Positions 21,496-30,914 of a stretch of DNA of 30,914 nucleotides are shown here, one piece after another. The stretch lies in contig CM119268.1 in assembly GCA_051294375.1 (NCBI GenBank), positions 5,397,021 to 5,427,934 of the forward strand, written 5' to 3'. This DNA is from Paraspadella gotoi (Eukaryota > Animalia > Chaetognatha). Below the pieces are notes generated by a model. That model had not been told where the DNA came from. It did not search any database and saw nothing but the letters and a program-made list of their open reading frames with translations. How positions within the stretch are numbered: the stretch's first letter is position 1; every line of letters starts with the position of its first letter. Both the position numbers and the translations under genes were made by a program.

Positions 21496-22585
21496 CTAAT
21501 TTTAACGAGGAAAGGAGCGAGAGGGAGAGAGAGGGAGAGAGAGGGAGAGAANNNNNNNNNNNNNNNNNNNNNNNNNNNNNNNNNNNNNNNNNNNNNNNNN
21601 NNNNNNNNNNNNNNNNNNNNNNNNNNNNNNNNNNNNNNNNNNNNNNNNNNNNNNNNNNNNNNNNNNNNNNNNNNNNNNNNNNNNNNNNNNNNNNNNNNNN
21701 NNNNNNNNNNNNNNNNNNNNNNNNNNNNNNNNNNNNNNNNNNNNNNNNNNNNNNNNNNNNNNNNNNNNNNNNNNNNNNNNNNNNNNNNNNNNNNNNNNNN
21801 NNNNNNNNNNNNNNNNNNNNNNNNNNNNNNNNNNNNTCTCTTCCTATTCATCTTTCAATTTCTCTTACTCTTCTTCCCCCTCTTCTTCTTCCTCCCTATT
21901 TCCCTCTTCCTCCCCTTTTCCTCCCACTCCCCTTCTTTTCATTATATCAATCCCACAAGAAACCTGCCCCGCCTTCTTGATGGATCTTGGGTTAATACAA
22001 AATCTAACTTTCTTGCCCAGCTCTTTATATCTTTTCAATTTCTTTTCTCTCTTTCTATCTTTTCCTGTCTTTCTATCTTGTATGCTTTCCTTTCTTTCTC
22101 TCTTTTATATTTCCTCTCATTCTTTCTTTTCCTCTCTATTTTTTTTCTCTTTTCCCTTTCTTTATCATTTTTTTCTTTATCTTTTATCTTCACCACCTCT
22201 GCCTTACTTTTTCCTTTTTCATCTCTTTTATTTTTTTTCTTTTGCTTCTCTACTTTTCTCTCTTTGTATATTTCCTCCTTCTCATCTTTTCCTCCTCCTC
22301 CTTCTTCTTCGTCATCCTCGTTAACTCTGAGGAGAAAAATCTCCAGTGGCTTCGCTTCAAAAGTAAAATCTTCATGAATAAAATACACATTTTGTCTTGA
22401 TTATAAAAAAGCCTTGGTCAACATAACGTCGAATCCTAAAAGTTTAACTAAAAACTGTCCGACTTTTAACTTAAAAAATATCTTCATTAATTGATAATGT
22501 TTTTGGGTGAACTGTCAGATGCGAGTTGTATCGCTCTAGAAGCTTTTATTCTTTACTGATATCCTGTCTCATTTTAGTCTTGAAA

Positions 22586-22641
<56 letters not shown>
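22586..22641. repeat. (GAC)n microsatellite
   Basis: Direct observation; similar tracts at about 23065 and 28990. Confidence 0.95.
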
Positions 22642-23479
22642 ATTGACAGGAAGACTAAGTTCTATGGGTGTTAATAAACTAGCGTATTACTCTTACACTC
22701 TTACTCTTACTCTATAGCTAGACTGTGAGAGAGTCTTGATTAAAATATTACAAGGTCCTACTATGTTATTTTTTTGTAAAAGTGACAGAGACCATAGCAA
22801 GTCCAAAGTCAGGGTCAAGATAACTTATTTTTTGAAGGAATAAATTATTTTTGTATTGGTTGTAGCAAGTTCGTAGAATTTTCGGGTCCAGGGTTCAAAC
22901 CCCACTTCGGCCGGGAATCACGTGAACAAGATAGAGTAAAGCTTTATCGAAAGGAAAAGACTCCAGACTTTAATTGATGTAGTTTGATGTTGAAAGACAA
23001 ATGCGACAAATTCGCTGGTCGTTATGAAAGTCAACAACAACAACAACAACAAGCGAGACAAAAACGACGACGACGACGACGACGTCGTTCGCCGACCGCG
23101 AATTAGGTATTCCGAAAGCAGAGATACTGTTTGGCTTAAAAACGAAAAAAGAGTCTTTTTTTAACAAAAAAAAGCAAAAAAGCAAGAAAAAAGCAAAAAA
23201 AAAAAAAAAGGTACAGAATTCAAATTTTAGATCCTTAGGTCGTAACCGGATTTCGATATCGGTTCTCGTTTACGTTTCGGCAAAAGTTGGGATCTCTGAA
23301 ACGAAAAGGCCGGGTTGGGGGGCGGAGGGACCCGTCCGGACGTTGTGAGAAAAGGAGGAGAAAGAGAGACAGAGAAAGATAGAAAATAAGATAGTCTTTT
23401 TTTCTATTTTCGCTACCTTTTCTTTGTATTTCGATACTTTTTTTTCCTCTTTCTTCTCTTTTCTTTGATCATTTTCCTT

Positions 23480-23870
23480 CTCTTTCGTCCTCCCATCTCC
23501 TTGGGGTTATTTCCAATCTCATTCTCATGACTTCCCATTTCCTTCTTCGTAGTTCCCATCTCCTTTTCCCCTATTTTCTATCTTTGCCATCCTTAATTTT
23601 GATCTCTTTCCCCTAATTCTTATTTATTTTCAATGTATTCCCATCTCATTTACTCTTATTATCCCTATCTTTTTCGCTTATTTCCCATCTCCCTTCCTCA
23701 ATTTCCCATCTCCCTTTTTCATCAATTCCCATATCACCTTCCCCCATTTTCAATCTCCCTTGCCTTTTAATTTCTGTCTCCCCAACATTTCCCATCTCAC
23801 TTCCCCCATTTCCCATATCCCTTCCCCATTATTTCCCATCTCACTTTCCCCCATTTCCCATCTCCTTTTT
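23480..23870. repeat. Degenerate pyrimidine-rich tandem repeat with a TTTCCCATCTC core
   Basis: Repeated atttcccatctc(c/a) units. Confidence 0.75.
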
Positions 23871-24641
23871 CCTCTCCTCATTCGACCTCCATCTTCCCGC
23901 CAAAAAAAAGTTTGAAGGAGGAAAGAAAATGTATGCGTAAGCGAAGGAAAACGGAGGAAAAAGGAGGAAAGGAAAGAAAAAAACAAAGAGGAAAGTCTAT
24001 AAAATCAGACGGANNNNNNNNNNNNNNNNNNNNNNNNNNNNNNNNNNNNNNNNNNNNNNNNNNNNNNNNNNNNNNNNNNNNNNNNNNNNNNNNNNNNNNN
24101 NNNNNNNNNNNNNNNNNNNNNNNNNNNNNNNNNNNNNNNNNNNNNNNNNNNNNNNNNNNNNNNNNNNNNNNNNNNNNNNNNNNNNNNNNNNNNNNNNNNN
24201 NNNNNNNNNNNNNNNNNNNNNNNNNNNNNNNNNNNNNNNNNNNNNNNNNNNNNNNNNNNNNNNNNNNNNNNNNNNNNNNNNNNNNNNNNNNNNNNNNNNN
24301 NNNNNNNNNNNNNNNNNNNNNNNNNNNNNNNNNNNNNNNNNNNNNNNNNNNNNNNNNNNNNNNNNNNNNNNNNNNNNNNNNNNNNNNNNNNNNNNNNNNN
24401 NNNNNNNNNNNNNNNNNNNNNNNNNNNNNNNNNNGGAGGAAAAGGAGGAGGAGGAGGAAGACAAAGAAGAAGACAAGAAAGAAGGGGCGCACATTAGAAA
24501 TAAGGAGAATGGAAAGTAGGAGAGGAAGGAGGAAAAAAAACAACAAAAGAAGATAAGAGGAAAAAAAAGAACAAAGGAAGATAAGAGGAAAAAAGAAAAG
24601 AAACCAAAAGAAAACAAAAGCTTAAAAAAAGTTTTTGAGAG

Positions 24642-24678
<37 letters not shown>

Positions 24679-25669
24679 NNNNNNNNNNNNNNNNNNNNNN
24701 NNNNNNNNNNNNNNNNNNNNNNNNNNNNNNNNNNNNNNNNNNNNNNNNNNNNNNNNNNNNNNNNNNNNNNAAATTGGGATTAAGGAAAAGTTCGCTTGGG
24801 CCGTAACCTGTAAAAATATATGGAAGGAAAAGAGATGTCTGGTCGGAAAAGGTGAGAAGCGGTGTTGTTGTTATTGTTGTTGTTGTCGCCTGACATAGTT
24901 CCCAGAATACTTAAAAATTAAAATATAATATAAAATATAATTATGAAATAAAACGACCAAAAATAAAAAAAATTAGTCACTATTTTAAATGCGCTCCATT
25001 TCTGTTTCAAATCCTTGAATTTGATTATAGGCCTAATATATAAGCTTAATATGTTTAACCTAACTTAATCCCTACCTAAAAATAAAAATGGAATGCTTTA
25101 GAGATTAGGATTCAGGTTTAGAATAAGTAGANNNNNNNNNNNNNNNNNNNNNNNNNNNNNNNNNNNNNNNNNNNNNNNNNNNNNNNNNNNNNNNNNNNNN
25201 NNNNNNNNNNNNNNNNNNNNNNNNNNNNNNNNNNNNNNNNNNNNNNNNNNNNNNNNNNNNNNNNNNNNNNNNNNNNNNNNNNNNNNNNNNNNNNTAAAAC
25301 ACAAACTCTTATTCTAATCCCAAATCCTAATATTAAACCCTTTTCGAATATTTGACCCTAAAACTGAACTTTAATCCTTAAATCCTGAAATGGGACGCTT
25401 TGGAAAAATAACGCCAAAAGAGAAAAGAGAAAATCGTTGGGGGACTTGAAAAGAAAGAGGAAAGCGTAAGTAGAGGAAAGAAAAAAAGATTAAAAAAAGA
25501 AGGAAAGAACANNNNNNNNNNNNNNNNNNNNNNNNNAAAGGGAAAACTTTATTTAGAAGAGCGATTAAGATAACGACAAAGAAGTAAGAATTGAGGAATA
25601 ATATTGGACAGCATAAATGGGGAAGACGAGAGAGACGAGAGAGAGAGAGAGAGCAGAGAGAGAGAGAGC

Positions 25670-26011
25670 AGACGCATGGCCCTATACTCAGAAGCCTCGT
25701 ATCAGCGCAAGCAGCTGTCCGGGAGCAGCCCGCGCCGGCGGCTCAGAGGCGGCTGCTCCCTCGCCCCTTCGACATTACTTCCGATTTCGACTCTTCCTTT
25801 ACTCCTTCTTCCTCTTCCTTCTCCTTAATCTCCCTGATCCTCGCTTGGCCACGCACACAGTTCGATCCGATCGGCGTAGCTGCAGCGTCGCGTGAACGTA
25901 TACTTTGCTACTTTTCTCCCTCTCGTCACCCTTTGTCACCGCCGAGGGCTCGGCTCTCTGCCTCCGAGCGGGAATCGATTATCGGCGTGTCGCCAGAGCG
26001 GATCCGGGATT
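25670..26011 (-). CDS. Tentative, indel-ridden exon(s) for the start of the thumb (IPDPLW..., KYTFTRRCSY...)
   Basis: GC-rich island at the expected position. Fragments resemble LP.PWG.C and Y....C, but there is no clean frame. Confidence 0.4.
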
Positions 26012-27636
26012 CTTTTTTTTTTGTATGAAAAATGACAAGAAAAAAAAAGAAAGAAAGAAAAAAAAAAATGGAAAAATAAATAGCTATTTAACCAAAATTG
26101 AAACAATAATAAAATAAAACCCACATGAACAAAAAATAAATAAGCGAAAGTATAAGAACGGATAGACGGTGAAAAAATTTATGAGGGAAATATTTTAACA
26201 GAAAATTAAATAACGAGTGAAAAAATTATTTTCGTATTATTTGTCTCCTTTTTTTATGTTTTAGATTTGAACGGCTAAACAATAATACATATTTACGAAA
26301 AAGATATTACAATTATCTAACAATACATGAACCTTAAATATGCTGAAAACAATTGAAAATATGATAAAAGATAAAAAGTTGACTCGCAAATTAAGATGTA
26401 GTATAATATAAATTGCAATTTTTGTTCACGCGAGGACGTATGAAGAGTAAAATAAATAGTCTAGCCTAAAATTTTTTAAATCAGAAGCTAGAATCAAAAA
26501 AATTCAGAGCTCATCGCACCTCCGTGAATATTTCTTAAATAAAAAAAAATTTGTCTATTTTTTCCGAATTTCTTAAAACTGTTAATATAATCTGCGCAAG
26601 GCTTCCTATGGGAACGGGTTTTTTACGAAATATCTCTTTACAAAACCAACCAAAATATAAAAATTATCCCCATTATTTAATAAATAGGCGCAAGTATCTT
26701 GCCGCCTGACTTTAGGACAGGCCTTTGGTGGTTTAAGGCCACCATTCACTCCTTACCCAAAGATTAATACATCAGCAGCGTTCCCTGCAAGCTTTCAATC
26801 AAGACTCACCTCTCTCAGGTCTCCCAGTCTCTTTTATTCACTCCCAGAGTACCTGCCGCTTCCCTCTATCGAATTGACTGCCGAGGGTCGGGTATATAAT
26901 GTTCAAAGAACTCGTTTTCAATTGTTATTGTAATAATATAATTCTTTGCACCAATGATGCTTATTAAAGAAGATATATTTTTTTAAAATAATTTACTCTT
27001 AAAATTAGAAAAAAAAAATACGTTGCTTATTAACAAAATTTTGAGCAATTAAATACTAAATTAATGTAGCTTTTGAATATTTTTTTTATTATACAGAACT
27101 ATCAAAACAAATTAAAACACGATATTTTTATTAATTGTTTTTCTTAAACAAGAATAGTTATTCTATTTTTAAGAAATGTTATGCTCTCTTTTTGCCTTAT
27201 ATTCAACGCCATGTACAATGACCCGCTTAATCTCATTTTGCCATATTCGAGTCACTCCGGATTTTTTATTTACTAACCCTTTTGGCATAATACTGATGAC
27301 TCTCACCGGCTGTGTATGTCTAATTTCCATTAAAAACAAATATGGTTCTGATCATTATTTGAATAGTTTTTTGAAAATGGTGGAATCTCTAGATTTTCAG
27401 GCCAGTAATAATAGGTTGAAAAAAATAATTAACTGAATAAGTAATTGCACCTAAATAATGTGCCTTCAGAGATAGAAATAGAGAGTGAGACGCGTAAGAG
27501 CAATGAGGAGAGCAGAGCAGATGCTTGCATGACGAGTAAGCAGGGAGAGATAGAGAGAGAGCAGAGCAGAGATCCTGCCGAGAGGGGCCCCGCATGCCGG
27601 CTCGGACTGGTCGACCGGAAGAAGAGCCCGACTCAC

Positions 27637-27854
27637 ATCGAGGATGGAGCAAAAAATCTCCCCGAATTCCGAGCGTTAAGTAGAAGCCCGGCAAGCGAGA
27701 AGAGTGCAGTCGCTGTCGGCAGCCCGCGCCGCCGCCTCGCTCCGGTGGCACTGGCTTTGCGTCCGGGGAGAGCTCGACGTATATGAAGCTCAGAAAGATG
27801 ATAGAGCGAGATGATGACGTGAGAGGGAGAGATGAAAGTAGCATCAGCGCCCTC
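27637..27854 (-). CDS. Tentative, indel-ridden exon (..IYVELSPDAKPVPP...LPGFYLTLGIRG..)
   Basis: GC-rich island ending at a gtgagt donor. The fragment resembles the DEG/ENaC V.PG..T.V.I motif. Confidence 0.45.
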
Positions 27855-28102
27855 CTCAGACGACAAAGGATAATAAAAAATTGAAGTAATTTAATAATAA
27901 TAAAATATTGTGACTCCTGCTTATTGATTAAATTACCAATATAGATTCCAGGCTTTTTCCCACCACTTTTCTCGATTTAACGAAGTTTCCCCGAGTACTT
28001 TTTGCTTAGGAAAAATCGGAAGTAACGAGGACGGTAAAAGCGTAAAATGAAATTGAAAAGAGCAATTATGGTGAAGAGCGTTTCTCGCATTGTCTCTTGA
28101 GA

Positions 28103-28215
<113 letters not shown>

Positions 28216-28987
28216 ATACTGGGAGGGATTTATAGCCAAGGAGACGCTGACTACTCTACCAAGGGATTTTAGAAAAAAATCTTGAGAGTGGCCGGTTCGA
28301 TAAAAAATTTTTTGCTTAAGTGAGGAAGGAAGGGAGGAGAAAGAGGAAGAGGAAGAGGGAAAGGAAGGAGAAAAGGAAAACAGAGAGGGAGGGAGAGAGC
28401 GAGAATATGGAGGGAACGAAGGAGAGGGAGGTGGAAAAGAGGGAGGGAGAGGGATGGAGACAGGGCGGAAAAGAGGGAGGAACGGGGAGGGAAGGGAGCT
28501 AGGAGATTAGGTGAGGAATTAGGGAGGAAAAGAGGAAGGTAAAGAGGGAGTAAGAAAGAAAGGGAAAGACGAAGTAAAAGAAGAAGGGAAAGAGGGAGGG
28601 AAAGAGAGAGGAAAAGAGGGAGAAAAATAGAAAGGCAGAGAAGGAGTAAAAGAGGAAGGGCGTGGTTCATCAAAACGAAGTCTCTCACTGAATAACAACA
28701 AAGGAGATAATCGAATTGACTCTTGAGAGGAAGAGAAAGAGGGGGAAGAAGACGAGGAGGAGAAAGAAGAAGAGGGGGAGGGAACATGAGAAGAAGAGGA
28801 AGAAGACGAGGAAGAAGACGAGGTGGAGGAGGAAGAAGACGAGTAGGAGGAGGAAAACGACGAGGAGGAACAAGAAGAAGAGAAAGAGAAGGAAAAGTCC
28901 AAGCAAAAAGGCAAAGTTATCGATCGAAAGTTTTAATTTTTTATTTTTTGTTAACAATCGAGAGGAAAATTACGATTAAGACGATAA

Positions 28988-29018
<31 letters not shown>

Positions 29019-29136
29019 AACGACTACGCATCTTTTTCTTCCTCTCGAAGACGGAGACAAAAAACGAGTCAACTGACAAAAGACTAACGACGACAACAAA
29101 AAGAGTTTGGGATTAAGAGAATGATTGGATGGAAGA

Positions 29137-29225
29137 AAAAGAAAAGAAAAGAAAAGAAAAGAAAAGAAAAGAAAAGAAAAGAAAAGAAAAGAAAAGAAAA
29201 GAAAAGAAAAGAAAAGAAAAGAAAA
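29137..29225. repeat. (GAAAA)n pentanucleotide microsatellite
   Basis: Perfect run. Confidence 0.97.
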
Positions 29226-29427
29226 GGAAAAAAAAGGAAACATCAACAACAACAACAACAACGTTATGATGGATGAGAAAAGAGAAAATAATACTGAAGA
29301 TACAGAAGGAGGAAAATATTAATATGAAACGGTATGTTAGGAGAAAGGAAATATAAGCGAGAAAATATTATAGCGAGGCTTGATTTAAAGCTAGCAGTGA
29401 TGGAGTAAGAGTGATGGAAGTCTTAAC

Positions 29428-29483
29428 ACCATCATCGCTTGGCAATTGCCCAAAATCAGGGGACAAGAAAGATTTTGATTGTA
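29428..29483 (-). CDS. Tentative exon: QSKSFLSPDFG(NCQAM)
   Basis: aatag acceptor. Removing one G from a GGG run gives FGNC, matching ENaC F.HP.YGNCYTFN. The 3' boundary is uncertain. Confidence 0.5.
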
Positions 29484-29633
29484 CTATTTTCATTAAAAAA
29501 AGAGAGACATAATTGAGAATAAGAATGGATGATGAAAATATAAAGAAAAAAGTTTGCAGGAATAAGTTTGATTTGTTTAAAAGGTTTAAAGAAAGTGCTG
29601 GGATCGAACTCGTAATCGATCGAGCGAGATGCC

Positions 29634-29707
29634 TTGAGTCTTTTTCATTACGCCACGAAGCAAATGAATCGATAGGCGACCGAATGTTGAGTAAAACTCG
29701 CGCGTTT
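29634..29707 (-). CDS. Tentative exon: TREFYSTFG/SPIDSFASW
   Basis: Resembles ASIC 'REFYDRAGH.I..M'. It needs a frameshift and its boundaries are uncertain. Confidence 0.35.
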
Positions 29708-29974
29708 CTCGTCGTAATTGAAAGAAAATTGAAAGCGGAAAGCGGAAAGAGGAAAGTTGGTGGAAAGGAAAGGAAGACTGGAAAAGAATAAGGGAGATGG
29801 GAAAAGGAGGAGATGGAAAGAAAAAAAATACAGAAAGTTGAAAAAATGGGAAGGTGGGGAGGTAAAGAGTAAGAAGATGAGAGAGAGAGAGTGAAATAAT
29901 TGAAAGAAGAAAGAATTAAAAAAAGAGGCTGTGAATAAAAAAAAAAAATAAAAGAAGGAAAGAAAAGAAGAAAA

Positions 29975-30041
29975 GAAAAGAGGCGGAGGTTTGGTGACTC
30001 TCTGGAGAAACGAGTGAAGAATTCCTGATGGACGAATGAGT
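29975..30041 (-). CDS. Tentative exon: (D)SFVHQEFFTRFSRESPNLRL
   Basis: Long pyrimidine tract plus ccccag acceptor and an open frame. The donor was not located. Confidence 0.35.
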
Positions 30042-30311
30042 CTGGGGAAAACCGAAAAAAAGGAGGAAGAAGAAGAAAATGAGGAAAAAGAAAAAAGGAG
30101 GAAGAAGAGGAGAAAAAAGCCAAGAAAAAAGAGAGAAAAGGGAAATACCAGATAAGAAGGAAAATGTGGGAGAGAGGGAGGGGGAGAGGAGAAGGAGGAG
30201 GGGGAAGAGGGGGAAGAGGAGGAGGAGGAGGGGGAAGAGGAGGGGGAGGTGGAGAAGGAGAAGGGAAAGAGAGGGAAGAGGAGGAGGAGGATGTGGAGGA
30301 GGAGTAGGGAC

Positions 30312-30350
30312 CTCTGTTCATGCGATAATTCGGAGAAAGTGAAACGAGAC
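30312..30350 (-). CDS. Tentative exon end: LVSLSPNYRMNR(D), at the position expected for FPAVTICNxN
   Basis: Complex sequence island; a phase-1 GT junction is compatible with the exon starting at 30041. Similarity is weak. Confidence 0.25.
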
Positions 30351-30914
30351 TAAAATTCTTTCTCGATCTTGGTTTTCTTTTTTTCTTTTTATTTCTTTTC
30401 TATCGTTTCTTTTTCTCTCTTTTCTCTTTTCTTTTTCTTCTTTTTCTTCTCTATCTTTTCTTTATTCTCTCTTTTCTCTTCTTTCTTTTCTTTTTCTTCT
30501 CTACCTTTTCTTTTTCTCTCTTTACTCTTCTTTCTTTTCTTTTTCTTCTCTATCTTTCTTTTTTTTATCTTTTTTCTTCTTTCTTTTCTTTTTATTCTCT
30601 ATCTTTTCTTTATTCTCTCTTTTATATTCTTTCTTTTCTTTTTCTTCTCTATCTTTTTTTTTTCTCTTCTCTCTTCTTTTTTTCCCTTTTTTTTCTCTTT
30701 TCTCTTCTTGCTTTTCTTTTCTCTCTCTCTTTTCTTTTTGTTTGTTTTTTTTCAACTACACATACTTTTATCTATTTCTTTATGTATAGACTTTCGATTT
30801 CGTTGTCATAAAAATTCGTTGCCACATTTAAAAAAAAACTGTTTTTCCTATCTATTTCTTTTATTTTCTTATCTTAATCTCTTACTACTTCTCATCTCAT
30901 TTCCCCCCTTTTCC

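Noticed and set aside
22300-23340. Extra exons at about 22320-22435 and 23230-23296 (AG acceptors present)
   Set aside because: Frames hit stops or lack donors and show no family motif. They cannot be supported, though noisy sequence prevents full exclusion.
113-25304. Long X-containing ORFs
   Set aside because: They are open only because they cross N gaps.

Overview
This is an AT-rich, microsatellite-dense eukaryotic (animal) genomic window with many N gaps and frequent single-base indels. Almost all ORF-track entries are simple-repeat artefacts. Manual splicing on the minus strand recovers one multi-exon gene spanning nearly the whole window, with mostly phase-consistent GT-AG exons. It encodes a divergent DEG/ENaC (ASIC/ENaC-superfamily) channel subunit. 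The motifs are 'FLSPDFG(N)C', the thumb cysteines 'GTKICSFKTYFQCAAAIL' and 'DCSCPL..CLE', and the pre-TM2 strand 'RDNIVKVDIFFGDSSY'. About 500 aa of mostly helical-looking sequence, encoded by about 11 exons, sits where canonical members have the short knuckle segment. No canonical TM2/GxS filter exon is visible. A four-exon block occurs twice (about 2439-8735 and 9986-13681), either as a tandem duplication or as uncollapsed haplotypes. One copy carries a 2.4-kb insertion with a target-site duplication (hAT-like, non-autonomous) that is absent from the other. One intron holds a degraded BEL/Pao retrotransposon pol fragment. The 5' exons (above about 25 kb) are tentative, and the start of the gene probably lies beyond the window end.
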